Assembly: GCA_963796315.1 (NCBI GenBank)
Contig: CAWCLH010000020.1
Coordinates: forward strand, 289,879 to 353,878
Length of the DNA stretch: 64,000 bases
Reading direction: 5' to 3'
Origin: an uncultured Actinomycetota bacterium
Lineage (GTDB): Bacteria; Actinomycetota; Thermoleophilia; RBG-16-64-13
The notes under the pieces are model-generated. The model saw only the letters and a program-made list of their open reading frames with translations, did no database searches and was not told where the DNA came from. Each line of letters opens with the position of its first letter. The stretch's first letter is position 1. This document shows, one piece after another, positions 10,713 through 20,816 of the stretch. Position numbers and translations under genes: made by a program.

Positions 10713-12105
10713 GTGAGCGAGCGGGTGTCCAGCCTGGCGTGCTTCAAAGCCTATGACGTGCGTGGGAGGGTACCCGACGAGCTGAACGAGGAGATCGCCT
10801 ACCTCATCGCCCGTGCCTTCGCCCGGTTCGTCGGGCCTCGCCGCGTGGCCGTCGGCCAGGATATCCGGCCCACCAGCCCCCTGATCGCCGCCGCGACCAT
10901 GCGCGGGCTGACCGACGCGGGCGTCGACGTGGTGGACATCGGCCAGGTGGGCACCGAGATGGTGTACTTCGCCACCTTCGCCCTGGGCCTCGACGGAGGC
11001 ATCATGGTGACGGCCAGCCACAACCCGGGCGACTACAACGGCATGAAGTTCGTCCGCGAGCAGGCCATCCCCCTCAGCGCCGACACCGGGTTGCAGGAGA
11101 TGGAGGCCCTGGTGGTCCAAGCGCTGAACGGCGAGGGTGACCTGGCTCAAGGCAAGGCCGGTGGGACGGTGGAGCAGGTGCGCATCCACGAACAGTACGT
11201 GGAGCACCTGTTGACGTACCTGGACCCGGCCGCGCTCCGGCCGTTGACCATCGTCGCGAACGCCGGGAACGGCATGGCCGGCCCCGTGATCGAGCTGTTG
11301 GAGCCACACCTTCCGCTGGACCTGCTCCCCATGTACGGGGAGCCGGACGGGACCTTCCCTCACGGCATCCCCAATCCCCTGCTGCCCGAGAACCAGGAGG
11401 TGACGTCGGCCGCCGTGCGGGAAGCCGGCGCCGACCTGGGCCTGGCCTGGGACGGGGACTTCGACCGCTGCTTCTTCTTCGATGAGACCGGCACCTTCAT
11501 CGACGGCTACTATCTGGTGGGGTTACTGGCCCTGCACGTCCTGGAGCGGCACCCCGGCGCCAAGATCATCCACGACCCCCGGCTGGTCTGGAACACCATC
11601 GAGCTTGGTGACCGAGGCGGGCGGGACGCCGATCCAGAACAAGAGCGGCCACGCCTTCATCAAGGCCCGCATGCGGGCGGAGGACGCGGCCTACGGCGGA
11701 GAGATGTCCGCACACCACTACTTCCGGGAGTTCTCCTACGCGGACAGCGGCATGATCCCCTGGCTGCTGGTGGCCGACCTGATCAGCCGCACCGGCCGCG
11801 GACTGCACGACCTGGTGGCGGAACGCATGGCCAAGTATCCGGTCAGCGGGGAGATCAACCGCGAGCTGGTCGACGCCGCTCGGGCCATCCGCCGGCTGGA
11901 GGAGGTCTACGGTCCCAAGGCGCTCAAGCTGGAGAAGGTGGACGGGGTCAGCCTCGAGTTCGAGCGGTGGCGCTGCAACGTGCGCTCCTCCAACACCGAG
12001 CCGGTGGTGCGGCTGAACGTCGAGTCCCGCGGCGACGAAGCGTTGATGCGGGAGAAGACCCAGGAGATGCTCGACTTCCTCTGCCGGGAAGGCACGTGCG
12101 AGTAG
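10713..12105 (+). CDS. manB: Phosphomannomutase/phosphoglucomutase; one apparent frameshift at about 11606
   Basis: GTG 10713 after AAGGAGGGAAGG. Active-site [14 protein letters not shown] and metal site [11 protein letters not shown]. The C-terminal domains continue in ORF 11482..12105 ([27 protein letters not shown]). Confidence 0.88.
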
Positions 12106-13876
12106 CCCTCGCTCAGGTCGATCCCACCGTGGGGGACCTGGAGGGCAACGCCGCCCTCGTCACCGCCTGCATCGCGGAGGCTCGGAGGGCGGGGGCCGAC
12201 CTGGTCGCCTTCCCCGAATTGGTCCTGTCCGGCTACCCTCCGGAGGACCTCCTGCTCAAGGAGCACTTCCTCGCCGACTGCCGGGAGGCGCTCGAGTCGC
12301 TGCTGCCGCAGACGCACGACATCGTGGCGGTGGTCGGCCTCCCGCTGGAGGAAGAGGGCGATCCCTCCAACGCGGCCGCCGTGCTGGCCGACGGCGTTTG
12401 GAGGGCCACCTACCGCAAGATGCGGCTGCCCAACTACGCGGTCTTCGACGAGCGCCGCTACTTCGCGCCGGGCGGAGAGGTGCTGCTGCTGGAGCAGGGC
12501 GGGCATCGCCTGAGCGTCAACATCTGCGAGGACATCTGGTCCGCCTGCGGCCCGACCGAGGAGGCGGCCCTGCTCGGAGGGGCGGAGGTGATCGTCAACA
12601 TCTCCATGTCGCCCTACCATCTGGGCAAGGGCCGGGACCGCGAGCTCATGCTGCGGACACGTGCCCGGGACGCCGGGGCCTACATCCTCTACCTCAACGG
12701 CGTGGGCGGACAGGACGAGCTGGTGTTCGACGGCGAGAGCCTGGTGGTGGACCCGTACGGCGAGGTGCTGGCCCGCGCGGCGCAGTTCGAGGAGGCGCTC
12801 CTGCTGGTGGATCTGGACCCCGCCCGGGCACGCACGGCGCCCGGCGCGGGCCGAGCCGGCGGGCTCTGGCCCCTGCGGACCGTGGCGCTGCCCGACCGGA
12901 AGAACGCGCCCGCCGGGGCGCGGACAGCCGCAGGGGACAGGCTCTGCGGCTCCGCCGCCGAGCGGGCTCGCCCGTGGGCGACGCCCCGCCGGCGGCCCGG
13001 CCGGCCACCGTCGTGCCGCCGCTGGACCCGCTGGCCGAGGTCTATGGAGCCCTCTGCCTGGGCGTGCGGGACTACGTGCGCAAGAACGGCTTCGGGCACG
13101 TGGTGATCGGCATGAGCGGCGGCATCGACTCCGCGCTGACGGCCTGCGTCGCCGCCGATGCCTTGGGAGCGGACGCGGTCACGGCCGTCTCCATGCCCAG
13201 CCGCTACTCCAGCAGCGGTACCCAGTCGGACGCGCGAGAGGTCTCCTCGCGGCTGGGCGTGGCCTTTCTCGAACTGCCCATCGAGACGGTGTTCCGGGCC
13301 TATCTGGAGACCCTGCGGCCGGTGTTCCGGGACGCGCCGCCCGGGTTGGCCGAGGAGAACCTGCAGGCGCGCATCCGCGGCAATCTCCTGATGGCGCTCT
13401 CGAACCGGTACGGCTGGCTGGTGCTCACCACCGGCAACAAGAGCGAGATGGCCGTGGGCTACGCCACCCTGTACGGGGACATGGCCGGCGGTTTCGCCGT
13501 GATCAAGGACGTGCCCAAGACCCTGGTCTACCGGCTCTCCCGCTATCGGAACGAGCGGGGGCCGGGTGACGGGCCGCTACCCGCGTCGATCCTCGAGCGG
13601 GCCCCGTCCGCGGAGCTGCGCCCGGATCAGACGGACCAGGACTCCCTGCCGCCGTACGACCTCTTGGACCGCATCATCGAGGCCTACGTCGTACGGGACG
13701 AGAGCGTCGAGGAGATCGTCGCTCAGGGTCTGGATCGGGTGGAGGTGGAGCGGGTGGTGGGCATGATCGACCGCAGCGAGTACAAGCGGCGTCAGGCGGC
13801 CCCCGGGGTCCGCATCACGTCCAAGGCCTTCGGCAAGGACCGCCGGCTGCCGATCACCAATCGCTACCGGGCCTGA
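12096..13876 (+). CDS. nadE: Glutamine-dependent NAD+ synthetase (CN-hydrolase domain plus PP-loop synthetase domain); frame break(s) somewhere in 12830-13010
   Basis: GTG 12096 overlaps the manB stop. The N-domain has [24 protein letters not shown] and NICEDIW (frame of ORF 10713..13106). The C-domain has [28 protein letters not shown] and [17 protein letters not shown] in ORF 12398..13876. Confidence 0.85.
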
Positions 13877-13944
13877 CGACACGCGGCGTGGCCTCACCGA
13901 GCCGGCCCCACCACTCCGCCCTCCGCCGGGTATCATGATGTGTC

Positions 13945-15185
13945 ATGAGTGACTATCTCACCGACGGGCAGACCTTCGAGGACTCCGTGGGCCTGGTCGA
14001 GACCCGCTTCGCGCGGTTCGACTCCCTCCCGCTGGACTCGGGGCTGACGCTGGCCCCGCTCACGCTGGCCTACGAGACCTACGGCACCCTCAACGAGCAT
14101 GCCTCCAACGCCATCCTCATCCTGCATGCCCTGTCCGGAGACGCCCACGTCGCCGGATACCACGCCGGGGACGACCGCCCGGGTTGGTGGGACATGATGA
14201 TCGGCCCGGGCCGCGCCTTCGACACCGACAAGTACTTCGTGATCTGCTCGAACGTCATCGGCGGCTGCAAGGGCAGCACCGGGCCCGGCAGCATCGACCC
14301 GGAGACCGGCCGGCCCTACGGCCTGCGCTTCCCCGTCGTGACCGTGCCCGACATGGTCCGCGCCCAGAAGCTGCTCATCGACTCCCTGGGCATCGACCGC
14401 CTGCTGGGGGTCTGCGGAGGGTCGATGGGGGGCATGCAGGCCCTCGCCTGGATGACCGAGTACCCGGAGTCGGTCGCCTCGTGCATCCCCATCGCCACCA
14501 CGCACCGGCACTCGCCGATGCAGATCGCCTTCAACGAGGTGGGGCGGCAGGCCATCATGCGCGACCCCCACTGGCGCGGGGGAGACTACTACGATCACGA
14601 GCTCTCCCCGGACGCCGGTCTCACCATCGCCCGCATGATAGGCCACGTCACCTACCTCTCCGACGAGTCGATGCACGCGAAGTTCGGGCGGAGGCTGCGG
14701 GACAAGGAGGACTACGGATACGACTTCACCATGGACTTCGAGGTGGAGAGCTACCTGTCGCTACCAGGGCGAGATGTTCACCCGCCGGTTCGACGCCAAC
14801 ACCTACCTCTACATCACCAAAGCGCTTGGACTACTTCGACACCGCCGCAGGCCACGGCACACTGGTCGAGGCCTTCCGCGACATACCCCAGGAGACACGC
14901 TTCCTGGTCATCGCCTTCAGCAGCGACTGGCTCTACCCGCCCTATCAGTCCAAGGAGATCGTGCGGGCGCTCAAGGGGAACGGCCTGGACACGACCTTCC
15001 TCGAGATCCACTCCACCTACGGGCACGACTCCTTCCTCCTGGAAGCCGACCAGCAGACCCATCTGCTGACCCATTTCCTCGACGTCACCGCCCGGCGCTC
15101 CGGCGTGCGCTCGCCCGGCACGAGGAGTGACCGAGTCCTTGCCCGGCATCCGCGGGTCGCGCGCGCCCCACCGGCGAGCGCCTGA
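13945..15185 (+). CDS. metX: Homoserine O-acetyltransferase; two apparent indels at about 14758 and 14828; 3' end uncertain
   Basis: ORF 13945..15069 has [12 protein letters not shown] and the nucleophile elbow [10 protein letters not shown]. It continues as [22 protein letters not shown] (ORF 14774..), then DYFD...FSSDWLYPP...[12 protein letters not shown] (ORF 14184..15185). A TATCAT -10 at 13931..13936 just before the ATG suggests a leaderless transcript. Confidence 0.85.
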
Positions 15186-15801
15186 CCACCTCTTCATCGT
15201 GGACACGGTGGAGGAGGGCGCGCGCGTCCTGGACCTGGGCTGCGGCCGCGGGCTCCTGCTCAAGCTGCTGGTCGACCGCAAGGGCGTGCGGGGGACCGGG
15301 ATCGAACTCTCGGAGGAGAAGGTCTACGACGCCGTGGAGAAGGGGCTCTCCGTCTACCACGGCGACATCGACGAGGGGCTCTCCTACTACCCGGACGACA
15401 TGTTCGACTACGTCATCCTCAGCCAGACGCTGCAGCAGGCCCGGCAGACCGCATTCGTCATGCACGAGGCCCTTCGGGTCGGCCGCCGCCTAGTGGCGAG
15501 CTTCCCCAATTTCGGGCACTGGCGGGGGCGCAGCCAGCTCTTCCTGCGGGGCAAGGCTCCGGTGACCCCCGCGTTGCCCTACCAGTGGTACGACACGCCC
15601 AACGTGCACAGCCTGACGATCAAGGACTTCCAGCGCTTCGTCGTCGACCGGGATATGGTGGCCGTCCGCACCTTCTTCCTGGGACACCGCCGCGAGGTGG
15701 CCCGCCGGCCCAACCTCCTGGCCGAGCACGCCGTGTTCGTGCTGGAGAGGGCGCCGGGAGTGCAGTGGGCCACCGAGAGCCCACCCCCGACGACGCGCTA
15801 G
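15127..15801 (+). CDS. metW: Methionine biosynthesis protein MetW (methyltransferase-fold partner of MetX)
   Basis: 224-aa ORF with ARVLDLGCGRGLLLKLL, YVILSQTLQ and FPNFGHW, typical of MetW. The exact start is uncertain. Confidence 0.8.
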   Translation: MTESLPGIRGSRAPHRRAPDHLFIVDTVEEGARVLDLGCGRGLLLKLLVDRKGVRGTGIELSEEKVYDAVEKGLSVYHGDIDEGLSYYPDDMFDYVILSQTLQQARQTAFVMHEALRVGRRLVASFPNFGHWRGRSQLFLRGKAPVTPALPYQWYDTPNVHSLTIKDFQRFVVDRDMVAVRTFFLGHRREVARRPNLLAEHAVFVLERAPGVQWATESPPPTTR

Positions 15802-15858
15802 AATGGAGGCGCCGCGGGCCGTCGAGGGTTCATCCCGGCCCGGAAGGCGCGATCGCGC

Positions 15859-15932
15859 GGGCCCATAGCTCAGATGGTTAGAGCGGCCGACTCATAATCG
15901 GCTGGTCGCAGGTTCGAGTCCTGCTGGGCCCA
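15859..15932 (+). tRNA. tRNA with CAT anticodon (elongator Met, or Ile2 if lysidine-modified)
   Basis: Acceptor GGGCCCA/TGGGCCC, anticodon stem GCCGA/TCGGC with loop CTCATAA. There is no 1:72 mismatch and no GGG/CCC anticodon stem, so it is not an initiator. Overall it resembles E. coli ileX as recalled from memory. Confidence 0.85.
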
Positions 15933-15935
15933 TAG

Positions 15936-15959
15936 AAAAGCCCCCATTTGGGGGCTTTT
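15936..15959. terminator. Intrinsic terminator hairpin (AAAAGCCCCC-ATTT-GGGGGCTTTT), potentially bidirectional
   Basis: Perfect GC stem flanked by an A-tract and a T-tract, directly after the tRNA. Confidence 0.75.
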
Positions 15960-15971
15960 CAACACAAGCGA

Positions 15972-16184
15972 CTAATCCCCACAAAGTGTGTGAACGAGTT
16001 GACGGGTACGCGTGTTCTCTTCATGGGTGTTAGGAAACACGAGCCTCACTCTATTCCGCGCCAGGAAGCTAGATGTCTTCGGTTTCTTGGTCACCGTGAC
16101 CAGATTGATCAGCAGAGCTTCCTCTCCATCGACAAAGGGTCTACCACAGCGCGCACATCTATCTGGCATGACTTGTCTACTCAT
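15972..16184 (-). CDS. Hypothetical small protein (about 70 aa) with a CxxC motif
   Basis: ORF 15972..16241. Internal ATG 16184 is preceded by GAAGG. Sequence MSRQVMPDRCARCGRPFVDGEE...; lies in a lower-GC patch; no recognisable family. Confidence 0.3.
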   Translation of the reverse strand: MSRQVMPDRCARCGRPFVDGEEALLINLVTVTKKPKTSSFLARNRVRLVFPNTHEENTRTRQLVHTLCGD

Positions 16185-16460
16185 ACGACCTTCTAAGCCG
16201 GGGACCGGGCAGAAGACGAACCGGTTGATGCCGGAGAGCATGTAACCCCCGCCGGGTGAGGAGAAGGTGAGCGTTCGATGAGACTGCTCTCACCGGGACG
16301 CTTTCTCGATGCGGTGCGGAGGTCCCAACGAGGCTCTCCGGCGGCTTCCGTGCCCGTCGCCGGCGCCCTTCGGATTCCGTGTGCCCGGCTCGACTTGAGT
16401 AGGCCATCACAAGTCGTGTACGGTGGATGTCACGGCACCGTTGGCACCAAGGGGGATGTC

Positions 16461-16562
16461 ATGGCTAACCGGGCAAGGAAGACGTACATCTACTTCGTGA
16501 TGGCCATCTTCGTCCTGCTCTTACTCGCCCTGCTGGTCGCGCTCGCACAGGCTTGCGGTTGA
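16461..16562 (+). CDS. Possible 33-aa single-TM hydrophobic peptide
   Basis: ATG 16461 lies 5 nt after AAGGGGGA. Sequence MANRARKTYIYFVMAIFVLLLLALLVALAQACG: basic N-terminus followed by one hydrophobic helix. Confidence 0.3.
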   Translation: MANRARKTYIYFVMAIFVLLLLALLVALAQACG

Positions 16563-16608
16563 CCGCATCGCTCCGGGCGGGCTTTCTGGTTCCAGTCTAG
16601 CGAGAGAC

Positions 16609-16645
16609 CCCGACGAGCGCCCCCACGGATGGGGCGCTCGTCGGG
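16609..16645. terminator. 15-bp perfect GC-rich hairpin between convergent genes
   Basis: CCCGACGAGCGCCCC - CACGGAT - GGGGCGCTCGTCGGG, located between the + peptide ORF and the - gene ending at 16715. No strong U-tract. Confidence 0.5.
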
Positions 16646-16714
16646 TAGGTCCGCGCCGCCTGCCAGGCCCGGCATCATGCCGGCCGACAAGGTCCACAGG
16701 CGAGGCGGTACCCC

Positions 16715-17206
16715 CTACTTCGCCTTCCAGGAGATGTCGAAGCTGCCTCCCGCGTCGAGACCCGTCACCACCACTTGATAGGATCCTGTGCGTGGGGCCA
16801 CCACGCGCGCCGTGTCTTGCGTCTGCTGCTGTTTGGGCACGTTCACCCGCCACAGGTCGACCCCTGCCGCGTCCTTGACCTCCATCTCCAGGCTGCCTTT
16901 GGTCACGTCTGCCGCATAGGTCACCTCGAGCGTCTGACCTTCCGTGATGGTGGTCTCCTGGCGCACCAGGCCGCTGAAGCTCCTATACCGGTAGTCGATA
17001 TGGTCCGCGCGGGCGGAGCCGGAGGCGAGCACGAAGGCGTTCGGCCCACTGCTGACCTCGCTGGAGAACGCCCGCCAGGCTACCGCGCCGACCGCAGCGA
17101 GGACGAGGAGGATAGCCAGGCCGGCAAGCCATGGCCTGGACCGCAGTGCGCGGAGCAGCGAGCCTCCCTGCTGCCTGGCCTGGGTCTGAGTTGCCGTGAG
17201 TTCCAT
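16715..17206 (-). CDS. Hypothetical membrane-anchored protein (one N-terminal TM, beta-rich ectodomain)
   Basis: ATG 17206 preceded by GAGAGGAGAGG. MELTATQ...RPWLAGLAILLVLAAVGAVAW, then a soluble domain. The upstream part of ORF 16715..17431 merely reads through the repeat. Confidence 0.55.
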   Translation of the reverse strand: MELTATQTQARQQGGSLLRALRSRPWLAGLAILLVLAAVGAVAWRAFSSEVSSGPNAFVLASGSARADHIDYRYRSFSGLVRQETTITEGQTLEVTYAADVTKGSLEMEVKDAAGVDLWRVNVPKQQQTQDTARVVAPRTGSYQVVVTGLDAGGSFDISWKAK

Positions 17207-17339
17207 AACCTCTCCTCTCTGGTCGACCGTCGGTGCGGGCACCGAAGTACCTGCATTTCCCAGGGTAGACGACAGAACCCTCCGCTGGCTCCCCCGGGGA
17301 GACCGGTCTTTCACCTGGCCACTTGGGGGGGAAAGCTTG

Positions 17340-17497
17340 GTCGAGTAGGTGGTCGCCGAGGGCGGGATCGGCCTTGCGAACCTTCGAGTCACCTTCGAGT
17401 CCATGACGGATGGCGCCGCAGCCGGGGACACCCCATCGACGTCCTACCCAGGTGAAGAGGCCGGAGGTGCACCCCGCCTATCTCGCGGCGATCGCCA
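17340..17497 (+). repeat. 158-nt orphan copy of an internal segment of the S1 protease gene (direct repeat of 19529..19686)
   Basis: GTCGAGTAGGTGGTCGCCGAGGGCGGGATCGGCCTTGCGAACCTTCGAGTCACCTTCGAG... aligns base-for-base with 19529..19686 apart from a handful of substitutions and single-base indels. Both ORF tracks show the same peptides (AEGGIGLANLRVTFE). Confidence 0.9.
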
Positions 17498-17540
17498 TCT
17501 GAAGTCGACGACAAACGACCGCGGACCGCGGGGATCGAGA

Positions 17541-18926
17541 TCAGCTTCCCCGGGGAGGCGAGGGGTCGAGCCACGGCCCGTCGACGGCTATCAGCTGATT
17601 GACCTCCTGCGGGCCCCAGCTGCCCGGCTCGTAGGAGAAGACCGGCGTGATGTCGCCCAGCACCCCGTCGACCACCCGCCATGCCGCCTCGACCCCGTCC
17701 TGCCTGGCGAAGAGCTCCGTGCGACCGTTCATGGCCTCGAGGAAGAGCCGCTCGTACGGCGGCATGTCGTCGCTCGGGCGCTCCGTGACCGTCAGCTCCA
17801 CGTCCGTACCGACCATCTGCTCTCCGGGAGCCTTCACGCGGATACCCAGGCCTATTGCGATATCCGGGCTTATCCGCATGCGTACGTGGTTGGAGAGGGA
17901 CGGCACGATCTCACCGTACGTCTCGCGAGGCGGTCTCCTGAACTCCACCAGGACCTCAGTGGCCGTGAGCGGCATCTCCTTGCCGGCTCGGATGTAGATG
18001 GGCACGCCGGCCCAGCGCCAGTTGTCTATGGACAGTCGAAGGGCGGCAAAGGTCTCCACGCTGGAGCTTGGCGACACCCCAGCGGCTGCCTGGTACCCGC
18101 GGTACTGACCGCGTACCAGCGCTCCGGGCTCCAAAGGCCGGATGGCCTTCAGTAGACGGACCTTCTCGTCACGGGTGGCGTCCTCACTCCCACCGGCGGG
18201 CGCGTCCATGGTCAGGCTCGCGGTGATCTGGAGGAGGTGATTCTGGACCACATCGCGGATAGCCCCGGCCTGCTCGTAGAACTTCCCGCGCTCCCGCACG
18301 CCGAAGTCCTCCGCCATCGTGATCTGGATGCTCCGTACGTGGTCGCGATTCCAGACCGGCTCCAGCAGCGAGTTGGCGAAGCGGGTGTAGGCGATGTTCT
18401 GGATCGGCTCCTTACCCAGGAAATGGTCGATTCGGAAGATGGACGACTCGGCGAAGTGTTCTCTGAGGGTGCGATTGAGCTCTCGTGCCGAAGCCAGGTC
18501 GCGGCCGAACGGCTTCTCCACCATCACGCGCGCATCGGCGGTGAGGCCGGAGGCGGCCAAGCTTCGGGTCACCGGGGTAAAGACGCTGGGTGGGATGGCG
18601 AGGTGGAAGAGGGGGTGCTCTGCACCGCCCAGCGCCTCCCGGAGTCTTGCGTACGACTCCGGAGCGTTGTAGTCACCGGACACATAACGCAGCAGTCCCG
18701 AGAGCTTCTGGAAAGCGTCCGGATCGAAACTCCCATTGGCCTCGATGCTGTCCTTGGCACGGGCGCGGAGCCGTTCCACGGACCAGTCAGACCGGGCGAA
18801 GCCGATGATCGGGATGTCGAGCCCCCCGTCGCGGACCAGTCCCTGGAGCGAAGGGAAGATCTCGGTATATGCGAGGTCCCCGGTCACACCGAAGACCACG
18901 AGTGCATCGGAGCGGACAGGCTTCAT
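17541..18926 (-). CDS. zwf: Glucose-6-phosphate 1-dehydrogenase
   Basis: Intact 461-aa [13 protein letters not shown] (NADP site), [15 protein letters not shown] active-site motif; AGGGGA RBS. Confidence 0.92.
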   Translation of the reverse strand: MKPVRSDALVVFGVTGDLAYTEIFPSLQGLVRDGGLDIPIIGFARSDWSVERLRARAKDSIEANGSFDPDAFQKLSGLLRYVSGDYNAPESYARLREALGGAEHPLFHLAIPPSVFTPVTRSLAASGLTADARVMVEKPFGRDLASARELNRTLREHFAESSIFRIDHFLGKEPIQNIAYTRFANSLLEPVWNRDHVRSIQITMAEDFGVRERGKFYEQAGAIRDVVQNHLLQITASLTMDAPAGGSEDATRDEKVRLLKAIRPLEPGALVRGQYRGYQAAAGVSPSSSVETFAALRLSIDNWRWAGVPIYIRAGKEMPLTATEVLVEFRRPPRETYGEIVPSLSNHVRMRISPDIAIGLGIRVKAPGEQMVGTDVELTVTERPSDDMPPYERLFLEAMNGRTELFARQDGVEAAWRVVDGVLGDITPVFSYEPGSWGPQEVNQLIAVDGPWLDPSPPRGS

Positions 18927-19291
18927 ATTTCCCCTAAGCGGATCGCGCGGTGCGGTCGGCTCATCTGAATACCCTCGGTCGGGCCGGACCGGGCAGCAGA
19001 AGCTCCTGCACCGGTCCTCGATACGATCGGATGAATCGAGCAGGACTCTCCTGGCGCTTCCCCGAAGAGACGAACCTTCTACTTGCCCACTTCAGGGGTA
19101 GCGACAAACTTGATGCGTTCTTGCGCATTTCTTTGGCTAGGAAGCACAGGCTGGTGACAGCGAGTGCCTGCAAGTACCAGAAGTGCACACGCGTCGGAGC
19201 GGTGGTCGCGCCGCGTGCGGCCCGCTTGTGCCTCGCCAGAACAGAGCCCGGGTGTCATGAAGAGTTTCAAGAACGTGCGGAGGGGGGCGTG

Positions 19292-20180
19292 ATGAATCGC
19301 AAGATGATCCGGACCATGGTCCTGTTCGTGGCGGCGCTCGTCGGGGTGCTCGCCATGGGCGCTGTCCCCGCCGGGGCGATCCTCGGCGGGCAGCAGGATA
19401 CCGACAACAGCTACGGCAATGTGGGCATGATCCAATACCGGATGGACGGCGTCTGGAATGTGGACGGCACCACCACCCTGGTCAAGAACGACACTGACGG
19501 GGTTGTCGTCCTCACCGCCGCCCACTGTGTCGAGTGGGTGATCGCCGAGGGCGGGATCGGCCTTGCGAACCTTCGAGTCACCTTCGAGCCCATGACGGAT
19601 GGCGCCGCAGCCGGGGACACCCCATCGACCGTCCTACCCGGTGAAGAGGGCGGAGGTGCACCCCGCCTATCTCGCGGCGATCGCCACGACGCCCTACATC
19701 GGCGACTCTAAGCGGTTCGGGATCGGGCCGGGCCGGGAGGATGCGGCCTTGTTGTGGCTCGACGTCGACGGCCCCATGTCCGATATGCAGACCGCACAGG
19801 TGGTCGGCCAAGATGGGCTGGCTGGGATCGACCGGAAGGACCAGACTTTCACGGTCGTCGGCTACGGCACCAACGGCTTCGTCGCCGGCAACGGCTGGTC
19901 ATTTCGCAACCCCAACACCGTCTCGATCTGGAGCGGACGAAACTACAAGGATGCAACGCTGGTGAGCGTACACGACGCTTTCGGCGATCGCTATCTCAAG
20001 CTGACCTCGACCACCGGCTTCGGCGACTCCGGGGGCCCGACCTTCCTCGGCGATACCCTGGTGGCCCTCACCATCTGGGGGGAAAGCTCGAAATGCACGA
20101 GTCCCTCCTACCAGTACCGGCTGGACACTCCATCGGCGCAGGACTTCCTCCAGACGTATTTGGGCCACTCGCTCGACTGA
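19292..20180 (+). CDS. Secreted trypsin-like (S1 family) serine protease; one apparent frameshift at about 19620-19630
   Basis: ATG 19292 after GGAGGGGGG. Signal peptide MNRKMIRTMVLFVAALVGVLAMGAVPAGA, His motif LTAAHC (ORF 18950..19711); Asp region DAALLWLD and Ser motif GDSGGP in ORF 19599..20180. Confidence 0.85.
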
Positions 20181-20423
20181 CCTGAGAGCACGGGGCGGGA
20201 GTGGACTTTCGTGCCTCCGCCCCCCTCCGCCCCGAAGCACAGGCGGGCACCGTTTCGATAGCCCTGCGACCACCTGCCTGCTCGGGACCGTGGGCCGCAG
20301 ACGACCGCGGGACCAGTTTGGTAGAGTTGCCGCGACCGACAGTGGTCCGCACGGCGGAGGACCGGCACCCGCCAGCTCGTCGTGCTCTTGTCCAACCGTT
20401 TGCCCGAGAGAAGGAGACCCCCT

Positions 20424-20798
20424 GTGGTCGTCAAGCTGCTGATCCGGTGGGTCATCGCTGCAGCCGCGCTCCTCGTCGCCGCCATGATCGTCCCCGGCAT
20501 CCGTATCGAGGGCACGAGCGCCTGGGTCGCCGTCCTGGTGATGGCCGTCATCCTGGGGTTCGCGAATGCCATCATCAGGCCGGTCCTGACCCTCCTCTCC
20601 TGTGGCTGCATCGTCCTGACCCTGGGTCTCTTCATCTTCGTCGTCAACGCGGTGACGCTGTGGATCGCCTCGTGGATAACCGTCAACTGGTTCGGCGTGG
20701 GCTTCTACGTGGACGGTCTCTGGCCGGCGCTTCTGGGCGCGCTCATCGTCAGCATCGTGTCCTTCCTGCTCTCGGTATTGATACCCGGAGACCGGTAG
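20424..20798 (+). CDS. DUF360 / phage-holin-4_2-family small integral membrane protein (about 4 TM)
   Basis: GTG 20424 lies 7 nt after AAGGAG. VVKLLIRWVIAAAALLVAAMIVPGIRIEG...FANAIIRPVLTLLSCGCIVLTLGLFIFVVNAV matches the YvlD/DUF360 pattern as recalled. Confidence 0.7.
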   Translation: MVVKLLIRWVIAAAALLVAAMIVPGIRIEGTSAWVAVLVMAVILGFANAIIRPVLTLLSCGCIVLTLGLFIFVVNAVTLWIASWITVNWFGVGFYVDGLWPALLGALIVSIVSFLLSVLIPGDR

Positions 20799-20816
20799 CC
20801 GGCGGGCCGCGGGACC

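Noticed and set aside
10713-13106. An apparent 797-aa phosphomannomutase-NAD synthetase fusion ORF.
   Set aside because: The manB C-terminus continues in another frame and stops at 12103..12105. nadE has its own GTG at 12096. The continuous frame is an artefact of an indel plus absence of stops.
13877-13944. A SAM riboswitch upstream of metX and a T-box or leader upstream of thrS (44547..44687).
   Set aside because: The spacers are only about 68 and about 140 nt. None of the conserved riboswitch or T-box sequence blocks (for example the T-box AGGGUGGNACCGCG) were seen.
16196-19195. Weaker matches to the repeat core: GGGCAGAAGACGAACCGG at about 16205 and CCAGAAGTGCACACG at about 19172.
   Set aside because: Only 9-10 nt are shared. 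One or two such hits are expected by chance in 128 kb of two-strand sequence, so they were not counted as copies.
20424-20798. The holin-family (DUF360) gene as evidence for a prophage lysis cassette.
   Set aside because: No endolysin, spanin, terminase, capsid, tail or integrase genes occur anywhere nearby. DUF360 proteins are widespread chromosomal membrane proteins.
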